Source of the DNA: Chara braunii
Taxonomy: Eukaryota > Plantae > Charophyceae
Assembly: GCA_003427395.1 (NCBI GenBank)
Contig: BFEA01000043.1
Coordinates: 4,336,814-4,400,813, forward strand
Reading direction: 5' to 3'
DNA length: 64,000 nt
Below are positions 38,980-50,027 of this stretch, piece by piece (position 1 is the first letter of the stretch; every line of letters begins with the position of its first letter). The position numbers were made by a program, and so were the translations under genes. The notes below the pieces were generated by a model that searched no databases, had not been told where the DNA came from, and worked only from the letters and a program-made list of their open reading frames with translations.

Positions 38980-39355
38980 GGCTGCGTCATGCTATTGTGT
39001 GTCAACACAGCAACAGTTCGGTTAGCATGCACAGTGCATAGTCTCTGCTCTGAACACTATGAAGGGATGGTCACTGTCAGCCTCTGCCGCAAGAACTGTG
39101 AGCTGTCGTCTTGAAATCATCTCTTGCACCCCCTTATTTCCTGCTCGATATGCCGTTGTGCCCTTGACATGCCCTGCTTAAATAGCTGTGAACGTCAGCC
39201 TGCTTTGCTGCTTGCATGTCAGCATTAGGCAGCACTATGCCATGTGTCGTCAATGTTTTCAGGAAGCTGTCATTGAAAGTACGTCTCTCTGCTGTGTGGA
39301 CTATCCCTCATGCCATCACCGACCACATCCTCTCCTAGCATGTCCCACATGCATG
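38980..39355 (+). pseudogene. Second, decayed copy of the double RING-variant cassette
   Basis: CVMLLC..VRLACTVHSLCSEHYEG..C..C..*NHLLHPLISCSIC..CLNSCERQPALLLACQH(frameshift)MCRQCF..CCVDYPSCHHRPHPLLACPTC; collinear with 22940-23330. Confidence 0.7.
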
Positions 39356-39363
39356 TTGGGCAT

Positions 39364-39714
39364 GCACCTGCTGCAACTGCGGTTGGATCTCCTCCATCCT
39401 CGCAAGACGAACAACGAACTTAGCAGCCGTAGGAGGACAATCGACTATCAGACCTATAATGCGCTCGCTGTACCCACTTGCATTGTTGGCCGTACACCTG
39501 CTGCAACCGCGGTTGGATCTCCTTCATCCTCGCAAGACGAACAACGGACTTAGCAGCCGCAGGAGGACAATCGACTGTCAGACCTAAAGTGCGCTGTACC
39601 ACATGAATTGATTGTTGGGCATACGCCTGCTGCAACCGCGGTTGGAACTCCTTCGTCCTCTCAGGACGAACAACAGGCTTAGCAGCCGCAAGAGGAAAAT
39701 CGACTGTCAGACCT
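39364..39714. repeat. ~130-bp tandem repeat, 3 diverged copies
   Basis: cctgctgcaacYgcggttgga...gacgaacaac...ttagcagccg...aatcgactRtcagacct recurs near 39366, 39498 and 39626. Confidence 0.9.
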
Positions 39715-39766
<52 letters not shown>

Positions 39767-39806
39767 AAACGCCCCCACCAGTGTTAGTGGTGCTGATAAG
39801 AGCAGA
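39715..39806 (-). mobile_element. Extremely truncated LINE tail insertion
   Basis: Poly(A) plus ~40 nt sharing cagtgttagtggtgctgataagagcaga with the 24939 copy; TSD CAGACCT at 39708-39714 and 39807-39813. Confidence 0.8.
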
Positions 39807-39844
39807 CAGACCTATAATGCGCTGTACGTAAAGGTTATCACCAA

Positions 39845-40410
39845 CAGGGCGAGCTGTTGCAGACCAAATCTTGCAACAGCTAAACACAATTACCTTAGAG
39901 AGGGAGTAATGACTTTATTGCCTTTTCATTACCTCCCCATAGCTAAACAGCCGAGCTAAACAGCTGGTGGATCAGCACTCTTCATTGCCTCCCCATAGAG
40001 AGGGAGTGACGACTTCAGAAAGCCAAGAAACTTCCTCAACGCCGTAGGGAGTGATGACCGACATGAAATTCGGCGAGCATGTGTGATTCACATGCTTTGT
40101 GTCGTGAGGATTATGAAGGCGTTGCCGATGCAAGCTCTTGCTTTCATATGATTGATGACAGTCAGCATTGCACTCTTGTACGGCACCATGACATGTCATG
40201 TCCAATGTATAGACGGGCTGGGACGGCAAGGCCCATACAATTGCGGTCGGTGTGCCTCTGTGTTCCTAGCACGTAGGAGCCACGTAGCCTGTGAGATCCG
40301 TCTACTCCGTGGCATTTGACGCAGCGATTGCAACTTGCGAGAATTGGATGCTGTGCTTCCGCAGTCCACACACACCCGAACCATTCCTGTCTGGTCTGTA
40401 GGGGTGGCCA
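39845..40410 (+). pseudogene. Third, decayed copy of the cassette, possibly with a Josephin fragment
   Basis: 39845-39912 loosely resembles 22600-22657 (shared agggagtaa). CDSHALCREDYEG..HCTLVRHHDMSCPM; ends HPNHSCLVCRGG like HPHRSCPICRGG. Confidence 0.6.
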
Positions 40411-40436
40411 CTTACCGCGGACAATGGCTCTGGTCC

Positions 40437-40503
40437 TCAACTCAAAATCAACTCAAAACCAACTCAAAATCAACTCAAAATCAACTCAAAATCAACTCAA
40501 AAT
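40437..40503. repeat. 11-bp minisatellite (CAACTCAAAAT)n
   Basis: About 6 tandem copies. Confidence 0.95.
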
Positions 40504-42966
40504 CTCCCGAAATCCAAACACCGACTGGCCTCTTGTGCCATTCTGGAGTAGTCTGCTCCAGCGGTGAGTACGGAGAACCCTTTGAAGTCCGTCATTCCTC
40601 GGTTCTGTTCCTTGCCCCTGCATTTCCCTCCTCTATTGGATCCTCCCCCAGCCCTCGTTTCCTACAGAATTCTATCTTCTATCTGGGCATCCTGTTGTAC
40701 GTGACGTACACAGACATGCATCGTACGCCCCCCGTACTAATCATGATTTGTTTTTGTACGACTTTGTACGCACATACAAAACAGCTTTGTTTTTCTTTTT
40801 TAAAAGGAAAGAAAGAAAGAAAGAAAGAAAAAAGAAAGAAAGAAAGAAAGAAAGAGGAAAAACAAAGCTTTGTTTTTCTTTTCGTTTTTGAATTTTATCT
40901 CAAAATTGGTTGCGAATTTTTTTTTTTTGTCTGAGGCAAGAGTTGTTCAGAATAATGCCTTCTATCACATACTTATTTTCAGAGTTTTCTGATAACCTTT
41001 TTTCTTAATACAAAAGCGGTGCTGCGGGTAGAGTACAACGGAGTACCACATGGAGAACAACCCTCCATACAACGGAGTACAACGGCCGTACAAGAAATTC
41101 ATTTTGTTGTACGCGAGGCATGCCTAGTTTTCTACCCCTTTTCCTTCCTCCCTTCCCTTGTGTAATAATAGTAAATGCATACCAATTAGCATCATTAAGA
41201 GGACTGACAAAATGTCATAAGCTGAACGGAGTGTACCTCCCCCGTTACGTGGAAAGTCTCCACCCTGGCCCCCCCCTGAAAAAGAAGGTTGTGGTCCTCG
41301 GACAAAAAGGAGCCGCACCAGTGTGAAATAATTGGAATTTTGGATTCTCCTGGAAAAAAAAATGTGTAACGAGCTCTACCAGTGGCAGCTGGACCACGGC
41401 CCAACACGGGATGTTCGCTTCCATTAAAATGACGGACATTGAACCTAAGCACAGCAAGTGGCAAGGGTCGCCCCCAATTTCGAGCTTGTGGAGCACTTCA
41501 AATTTTCACGACGTCATCCACTGACGACACACGTGGAGATGCTTCGAATTTTTGCACCGTCATCCGAGGATGTCATGTTGCAATCGTGTGTAAATGTTTG
41601 AAGGGACTGAGACAATGGGGAATCGGCTGGTGCGGGGGGGAAATAATGAGGTACAGGGTGTGGGTGGTAGCGGGTAATTTTGTTCTCGCGGGTGCGAGTG
41701 GGTCAGGGTGAACTTTTTTTACGGGTGACCGACAGGTTGAGCGAGGGAGGGTTGGTTGGGTCACCTTGAGATTTTTTTTATTTATTTTTTCCGAGGGCGG
41801 GCTGTACGAAAACAAATGTGGGCGGGTTAGGTGAAGTGCCGAATTAAAAAAAAAGAAAAAAGAAGCTAATCTCTGCCCCAAAGAAAGCCAAAGTAAAGAT
41901 AGTTAAGAAAGAGATACAATGGATCTATTGTGCTCCATGTTACTTGTTATAGAGGTAAAACTGTCTCATTGTTGGGATGCTCATCTCCGGTGTGCTTCAT
42001 TGTCTGCTTTCATTTTGGATCTCCTTGTCTGGGTGGAACAGGGGTGTAGTGGTGAAAATCTAAAGCACACACACACAAAAGCAGCCTGGTCTTTGACACT
42101 TCCCTTCCCTCATCCACACTTCTCTCTCCTGCCTCTCGCTTCCTATAGAACCCCACCTCCTACCCCTTTTCCTCCTCCCTCCCCTTTATGCACTACCGAT
42201 GAATGCATAAGAGAACAGGCAAAAATATAAGTTGAAGATCTGAAGAATAATGTACACAGGAAGTATACCACCCTTCTACTCTGCCTCCTATCATAACGGG
42301 CAGTTGGCACTCAACCGCGATCAACATGGCCAGCCTTGTACGTCAGAGACACAGTAAAAGTGGAGCTGCAAGAACAAATACAAGGGGCACTGTAAAGAAA
42401 ACTAAAGGAAAGATAATGAAGAAAGGGATAATTAAGAAAGGGATATAATAATCATGTAATGGATCGTTTGCGCTGCATGTCACATGCTATAGAGCAGTGT
42501 GGCACGCCATTGGCATATGGGGGGACAATGCAAACATACTCCAAAACCCAGCGAACGTGAACGTAAATAAGTTAAAAACACACACACACACACAAAATGT
42601 TCAAAAATCTGAAAATAATAGAAAAATGTATGTTATGTAAAATAATAGCACAAACAACTTTAAAAAAATAAAAAATAAAAAGACGACGGCCTTGAGATAG
42701 GATCATTGACCTGACCGGCCCCTGACAATTCAGCGATATTAACTTGTTCATCTGATAGTATGTGGATTCAAACTTGAGTCTCTATTTTAATATTTCATGG
42801 GTGTACCAACTGCGCTAGTATGTTGATGTAGCAACACAAACAGTGCGACGATCCAAAGTGACTCAAGTTGGACCACGCAAGCACACGGGCAAGGTAAAGA
42901 AAGACGAAATAGATAAGAAAGAGGGAGAGAAGACAGGATAAAGAAAGAGAAACCGTAGACAAAGAC

Positions 42967-43223
42967 AATCAATGCTGGCAGGCGGCATCACTAAAGTTAC
43001 TCTCTGAATATCAGTCTGATGTAAGATGGGACGCTGGGCCCGATTTCCAGCAGGTGAGGCTCCCCACCAATAGATTGGAGCAACTAGGAAACCTGTTAGG
43101 GGGGGATGCGGGTACCACCTCCCCTAGCAGCCTTTCCTTTTTTCAAAAAAAAAAACAACAACAACAACAACAACAAACAAACAAACAAAAAAACAAACAT
43201 ACAAACAAACAAACAAACAAACA
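42967..43223 (+). mobile_element. 5'-truncated LINE tail / SINE-like insertion
   Basis: GGGACGCTGG...CCAATAGATTGGAGC module from 43028, A/CAA-rich tail, TSD TAGACAAAGAC at 42956-42966 and 43224-43234. Confidence 0.8.
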
Positions 43224-43315
43224 TAGACAAAGACCCAACGTAGAATGGTAAATCCTGAACGTAACTCGTGAAAGAAAAAACGATGGAACACAAATGAGTA
43301 CGTTAACTGTGGCGT

Positions 43316-43363
43316 GATCCGACCGGTTTCGGCTGGTGGCCACACCAGCTCTCATCAGGGATC
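43316..43363 (-). ncRNA. Minimal type I hammerhead ribozyme in the Penelope-like element 3' region
   Basis: Minus strand GAUCC CUGAUGA GA GCUGGUG UGGC CACCAGC C GAAAC CG GUC GGAUC: intact core, stems I and II, palindromic stem III ACCGGU, GUC cleavage triplet. Confidence 0.9.
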
Positions 43364-43413
43364 TTGTCGGTAGGGAATGAGCAACGTAGCTCTAATGTAT
43401 TCTACGTGAGCTA

Positions 43414-43518
43414 CAGTCTTCCCCCGAATACAACGCACGGTCATTATAGCCGAACTTGGTCCATCTGTCAGTCTAAATTCAGCTATAATGACCGTACGTT
43501 GTATTCGGGGGAAAACTG
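43414..43518. mobile_element. Tc1/mariner-type MITE (105 bp, almost entirely TIR)
   Basis: TA|CAGT...ACTG|TA; ~46-bp imperfect arms. Confidence 0.8.
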
Positions 43519-43899
43519 TAGGTAGGTCCTATTTCGATTGAAGCTCCTATAGCTGGAGAATTCGATAAATCAGACAGGGGACCGTAACTCAGAAGGAACC
43601 TTTCATTCGTAGCCTTAAAAACACCCTACGACGGTTCAAAACCCGACCGGAACCAGCACTCTTCAGAAAATCCTATAAACAGCGCTACGTCAAGGAACTT
43701 GTTATTACGCCGATGGTCCGAGTTCGAAACCCAGCACATTTTTTCTCATCTGGAAAAGGTCCTCTGTACTCTACGACTGCTTCGGCCATGTTTCAAAAAA
43801 GTCCTAAAACCGGGCCAAAAGCAGACCGACAAGTAACAAAACAAGGCCCCCGCACGAGGCTTTTCCCTAGTGCAGTCGTCAACTCCTATTTCTCATCAT

Positions 43900-44490
43900 T
43901 CGTCGTCGCGAAGCCTTGTCCCACCCTGTTAACACTGGTAATCCATTGTTGCCACACCCCGGCAAACTTCCTCGAAAATTTAATCAGGGAATTATCAAAA
44001 AAATAATCAGGATAGCTACGTCTCCACAACTCGACTTTCAAAGTAAAAAAGAAAAGGAAATTATCGCCATCATTTGTTGTTTACTAGAGTACGAACTGAA
44101 GTCTTGAATACTTAAAAAAACGGGTTTACTCTCCTTCCACAAACGCTGATTCTTGTGCATTGGGATACAAGCCACACCCCCATCATCTTCAAAGACTTTG
44201 AGGACACAGCCGATGAAGTCCCATGCCTGACGGTCGTTCGTCTGTTCTAACACGAGATTACTGTCATAGCATTCGAAAAACGAACTATCAGCTAAACACC
44301 TAGGCTACCAGAGTGGCCCGGGGTCACTTGCCCGGCCGGGCCAAAAAAAATTAAAAATAGAAAAATAGAAAAAATGTTTTTAAAGTTTATTTTTTATTCT
44401 AAATTTGATGAAGAATTTCGATGTGACCCTGAGGCAAAAGTTGTTCAGTTTATTTTTCTGCATAACATAGTTTTTTTTGGGGATTTTTAG

Positions 44491-44544
<54 letters not shown>

Positions 44545-44996
44545 TTGCTGAGACCTTCCCTGGTCCTTGCACGGGCTGGCCACCGGGGACCCGGGCGTTT
44601 TTTTTTTTGTTTTTTTTGTTTTTTTTTGCTGAGACCTTCCCTGGGTCCATGCACGGGCTGGCCACCGGGGACCCGGGCGGCCCGGCTAGTAGCCTAGCTA
44701 AACACCATCAAGTACATTCGTGGTTTCTGACTTGTTACAGATGACGAAAATGGAGACATCATCTACCATACGACGCCAATGGATTTTTGGGAGGATAGAA
44801 ACAGAAATACGTAAAAAGCACAGAGTACACAAGCTAGAGCTGGGCTGGATGATTTGCCCATTGGTATTCTGTTGCTTTGCTGTGAAATAACTCCACCAAC
44901 CTTTATGAAAGTTAGCTGTAATTCGAAAACAACGAACTCCTTGACGATTCCGAAAGGGATTGAAACCCAACCATCTTCCTTCGTCCCACGCAACAA
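43900..44996 (-). mobile_element. Penelope-like element RT remnant (motifs B-E plus thumb), interrupted and frameshifted
   Basis: QQSNRIPMGKSSSPALA, RMVDDVSIF, YDSNLVLEQT, WDFIG, QDFSSYSSKQ, VELWRRSYP; no endonuclease after the thumb. Confidence 0.8.
44300..44697. mobile_element. Non-autonomous DNA transposon of the same family, inserted in the Penelope RT
   Basis: TIR CTAGGCTAC/GTAGCCTAG; TSD CTAAACAC at 44292-44299 and 44698-44705; shares internal gtgaccct.ag.caaaagttgtt with 23417-23896. Confidence 0.85.
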
Positions 44997-47454
44997 CTTG
45001 GCTTGTTTACCTGCGATAGATACCGCAACGGCTTTGGCTTGTACTATGGTGTATAATTTGCAAGCTATAGATATGCCCGAAGGCTGTGTGTGCTCTGTGA
45101 ATCAATGTATCGAGATGTATAGGCAGCATCGTGTGTGTATATTGAAGAGGGAACAGGGTAAGCTGGACAAGGACCCCCCCAAGATCCGAGCCAAGCTTGA
45201 ACCCGTGACCTTGAAACATGTAACCGTATGACTCCACCATGTGAACGGCTAGTGGAAATGGCACGAACGTGTGATATGCCAGACTGGGGAGATCAACAGA
45301 ACACCCAAGACCAACACCCCCAAGCAGCCCATGTGAGACCCATAACCAACATACAACACCATGAACAACCCTTGGGTGGTGCGCAGGCAGTGTCTGTAAT
45401 AGTACCATGCGTCAGCCCAAGGGAGTGTGTGTCCAGCCGTGCGTCAATCTAACGTCCTGCCGGTGTCCATGTGCGAGGTTGCAATTGAGTTTTGAACCCG
45501 CAACCTCATACCACAATGCGCATTTCTTTTTCTTTTTTTTCTTTTTTTTTCTTTTTTTTTTTAAGTAATCTATAGTGTTCTCTCAATCTTCGCTTGCATA
45601 TATTCTATCTCATCTTCTCGCTACTCTATGTATAGTACGGGGGAACACCAACCAAACCTGGAACTCTCCCCAGCCCACGGGGTAGGTTTGCACCACAGCA
45701 GTGGTGCGAGAGCAAGGCTTGTATCAGCCCCTCATCACGATGATGCAGGGTGATCAGGCATTGCCNACNGNNNAAACCGGCGATGNTAGTGCCNAGCATC
45801 TTTGGCCAGTCACTTGCACCTCNCCCTACCCCCCTCCAACCCCACATTAGNGGTGTCTAATGGCGAATATCATTGCTGCATAGCAGCCAACAATATTTGG
45901 CCAAGGTCCTGCCAATGCTGGCTTGGAGAGCCAACGGGTTATCTCTAGCTGGTAGAACACCAAGCTTGCCCGGTGCTCTAACCACTGAGCCACATCAACT
46001 GGACGTGGACAAATCCTCTTTATTGAAGGGCCCTGTGCCCAAGGCAAAGTACACAAGCAATGCGCACCCGGAGGCAGCAGGGCCCTGCAAAGGAGCCATA
46101 CCTCTGTCCAAAAACAGTCCGACAATACAGCGCTCATGTAGCGAGCAGCAAGGAAACGGACCAAACCCTTTCAACGCGGACACTCCATCTATTCTAGCCA
46201 AAAGTAGGCCAAGAAGCCCAAGTGGATTCAAGTTTATGACCGCTGATCTAGCAAATGCCTTCTCACAAACCGTTCACTTCCAGTCTAGGTAGGCCAGATT
46301 TTTCAAGTCCAGCCTACCTCTGCCTAGCAGCGTTGGCAAATCAACAAACAGGCCACTTCTCAGCACGGCCGCAGTTCTCTCCTCCAAAGATGCCGAAGCA
46401 CAGCAGCCCGAACAGGATCGTAAACATAGCGTCGACGAGACGATAGCTGCAACACCACAGTGCCAAGCAACACAGCATCATTGGACCAAAGCGGCCCCCA
46501 ATCCGCAGGCAAAGGACAACTTGAAGCAGCCTCCCACTAACAGCAAAACGACTTCGTCAAGGGGCAAGAAACGAAAAGGTGTTGGAGATCCCTCACCATG
46601 TAACCAGCATTACATACCCTAGAAAAAAGCTCACCCTTTGAGAGATGACTATAAAGCATCGCCGCAGTAGAGAGCAGCAAACCTGCATGCTTTTATACAA
46701 GAAGTCGTCAACGTGTGCCAGGAGGTCATGGCAAAGCTCTTGAGACCAGTTCCAGAGAACAGCAAGATCACCATCGATATCAACAACAGGCATAAGCATC
46801 GCATAAGCCAGTCGAACGGTCAGTTGCGTCCGACCGTCTCCGATCACGCCAATTCTACGCCCTGGGGTCCAAAACCAATTCCGCAGAGGGGATCGAGAGA
46901 CAATACGACCGATACTCCACAGAAGACCCAGAACGTATCTCAAGGATACACACCGGTTGCAAATCATCGAACACGGATTCAACTGGAGCCAAGGGGAGAC
47001 CGCCTTTCCCGATTTATGCGTGTCATCCTTGTGCAGGGGCCATGCTAATCTTCTAAGCCCAGGTTGTTGTAGAGGTGGGATACTAGACCAATGACAGTTA
47101 TCCACAGTACTCGTCCACTCGGTTGTCCAGCTGAATCCCTCTGAAGACCCCACCCACCCTTTCCTCTTATCATTATTGCCCTGGCGCACCCCCACCCCCC
47201 CTGTCCTACCCTAGTGTTAACCACCCGGGACCATCACCTATTGCCATATTGGCAGGATGACCTGACCAGACAGCGGTTGCAGGCACCCGGGCTAGGCAGA
47301 GAGACCTACCCCCCTGCTCAGCCCTGGTCGAAGCAGACACCGTGCAAGCCCGATTGCACGGGGACTTCGGGAGCTAGGTATGAACATGCTACTACAGGTC
47401 TTTATGAGGGTACACAGTGCTATGTTGTATTACGACTATTGTGTTTTTTGAGGG

Positions 47455-47956
47455 CAAAGAGTTGGGGATCCTCCGTTCCCTCGTATATCCCTGGAGCCCG
47501 TTCCGGCCCCACGGTAAGGTGCAGTATCTCTTGACACCCCTGACATCCCGTACTAAGGAACTGCTATCCAAGCCTCAACCCTATGCTACCTACTAGGAGG
47601 ATAGCTAACCTTGAGTGATGTGTGTCTTGCAGTGTTCTATTGTGTTGATGGTAGAGAGCTGGGAATCTTCTGTTCCATCGTATAGCCCTGGAGCCCGTTC
47701 CGGCCCCGCGGTAAGGTGCAGTATCTTCTGACACCCCCGACATCCCGTACTAAGGAACTGGTATGCCAGCCTCAAGCCCTAAGCTACGTACTAGGAGGAT
47801 AGCCAACCCTAAGTCGTGAATCATGGACTGCATCATGGACTGTGTATTGACCCTGGAGAATCGTTGATAGTGACGGTAGAGAGCTGGGGATCCTCCGTTC
47901 CGTCGTATATCCCTGAAGCCCATTCCGGTATCTCCTACACCCCCGACATCCTGTAC
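47455..47956. repeat. ~195-225 bp tandem repeat, 2 full copies plus 1 partial
   Basis: cctggagcccgttccggcccc.cggtaaggtgcagtatc...gacatcccgtactaaggaactg...tactaggaggatagc repeated. Confidence 0.9.
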
Positions 47957-48125
47957 GTTCCAATTTTAACGGATGTCCCGAAGGACAAATGAAATATTTT
48001 TTTAATTTCTTTATTTTACACCCCCCCACTCTTGGGCCTTCTATTCTGGGGGGCGGCGATCCGGTTGTTTATTACTGACAAGCATCAAAACCAGTTTATG
48101 ACAAGCCATGGCTGACCCAAGCCAA

Positions 48126-48301
48126 ACCACCAGTACCTTTCCCACATATCGGCCGCGAGGCTAAACTCCCCCTGCGCGGCAAAGAAAAACGAACCGCAAC
48201 GGATGCATATGGCTGGCGCCACCAGCCATTTCGATTCACCACTGAACGTCTGGGTAACCGGCTGTGGTATGTTTTTTCAAGCAGGGAAAGGTACTGGTGG
48301 T
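48126..48301. mobile_element. TTAA-targeting MITE
   Basis: 18-bp TIR ACCACCAGTACCTTTCCC/GGGAAAGGTACTGGTGGT followed by TTAA. Confidence 0.75.
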
Positions 48302-48649
48302 TTAACCACCTAAGAGAATCTGAATCCGTGGCCTAGTATAGAATTATTGCCCTGAGATAGTAGGAATAGGGGGTGTGCTGGGAGAATTGATGAGAGGATG
48401 GGTTGGGAGGCGGTCTCACAAAAGCAAACAATTATCAGGACAACCAATGGCTGGCCGATGCAGCGACCACCGTGTCTGGAACCTGGCCTCGACAACAACC
48501 TGGGCTTTAGGAAAAAGAAAAGAAAAAGAAAGAGAGTGGCCTTGGGCGCGATGTTCTCTCTCAGCTAGGCTGTCCAGAAGTTAATGGGACCCATCATCCT
48601 CATGCATCCTCCGGACAACAAGGAGGGCGAAGCTAGGCTAAGGAACTCT

Positions 48650-48900
48650 CATATTGACTGCCATCCCTTGGTTAGAGACACCTTTGTCGAATGGATGGTA
48701 ATTAGGGCACCTTGAGGGGTTTCACAGAGATCCAACTTGCTAATCAGGATACCCCTTTTTGCAACAAGTGTCTTTCGTGGTATCATGGCGAATGTGACCA
48801 GGACTGTCCCCGCTTTCATGAACCAATGCCCCCCAACAAAAGAAGCAAGGGGCGGGGTGGCAGAGGGGGCAGCGGCCAATCGGGAGGAGGCCAAGGGGCA
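48650..48900 (+). pseudogene. Retroelement gag/ORF1-like zinc knuckle remnant
   Basis: TPFCNKCLSWYHGECDQDCPRF followed by an RG-rich stretch. Confidence 0.4.
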
Positions 48901-49383
48901 CAGACACGCCCACCCTCCCAATGGCAACACCAAGACCCCTCCACTTCCCCCCCTACCCCAGTGGCTTCTCAAGCACCTTCCTGGCTCCAATCTTGTCTCC
49001 AATCGTCTCTCACCATCAGCCCCCCTCCTCCTCTGCAATTGGGGCCTGCCCTGACTATACCACTTCAGGCCCACCCCTACCTCTAGTCAGTACAACCAGT
49101 TTCCTCTCGCAAGCACCTCCTATCGCCACTGGCTACTCCCTCATCACCTCAGTTAGGGCAGTGGACAACATGCGATCCCTTCTCTGCAAGGCATAGGTAG
49201 CTATCCTTGCAGCAGCACAGCCTTGGGAGTAGTGGTAGGTAGGAAGTGAAAGCTGAAATGAATGTGAGAGAATTTGAGACAAAAACAAGGACATACCATG
49301 GGGGTCAATCGTCGGGTGACGCAGACAGTTTGATTTGGTTGGTAATGTGAGGTGGGGGGGCGCGGAAAGAAAGGGGAAACTAC

Positions 49384-49973
49384 GCGGGAGTCACAAAAAT
49401 GAGTTATAATTGCAGTATGGGCCAAAATACAGTTTGCAATTGCACTTTGGGCAAATGTATACAACCCAAGAACGACGCTGGCCGGTGCTGGGGGATTGCC
49501 CTGTAACCTGTTAATAGCAGGAGCGTGAGGCCTGGTAGAGAGATCTGGGGATGCTTTGGGCCGGGCATTCCAAGGGAAAACCAAGGGTTGCTGTCGGGAC
49601 GACGCTGGCCGGAGCTGGGGTGAGTCATGTTGCCCTGTAACCTAGCAGGGTGGGGGCATGAGGCCTGGGAGAGCTCGGCATGGAGGAGGACAGTATTAGA
49701 GAATTTTAGAGTGTTTTTTGTGGGGAGCTTCCAGGGGTTCTGAGCATTCGAAGGACTTCCACTAATTGCTGTTTGGATTTTTCTAGTAGTTCCTTGTCTA
49801 AATTCATGAAATTTTCTGATGATGGGACGCTNGGCCCGGTTCCCAGTTTGTGCCAAATTAAGAGGATATGGTTGTATCTATGGGACGCTGGACCCGGTTT
49901 CCAGCAGGTGTTGCTCCCCACCAATAGATGGAGCTGTTTGTTTGTCAAAAAAAAAATAATAATAAAAAAAAAA
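49384..49973 (+). mobile_element. Short element sharing both 5' and 3' end sequences with the adjacent LINE
   Basis: 49384-49430 matches the reverse complement of 57408-57454 (43/47); 49822-49934 carries the doubled GGGACGCTGG motif of the LINE 3' UTR; A-rich tail. Confidence 0.6.
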
Positions 49974-50027
49974 TGCCATACAACCCAGCTTTCTGGCCAG
50001 GCAGGGTGCCCGAAGTGCAATTGCGAA

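Noticed and set aside
39530-39700. UIM-like QDEQ motif in the tandem repeat after the RING copy
   Set aside because: TAG follows in all three units and the UIM Ala/Ser pattern is absent.
39364-39714. CRISPR-like array (also 47455-47956)
   Set aside because: Whole units are duplicated, with no unique spacers, no cas genes, and a eukaryotic context.
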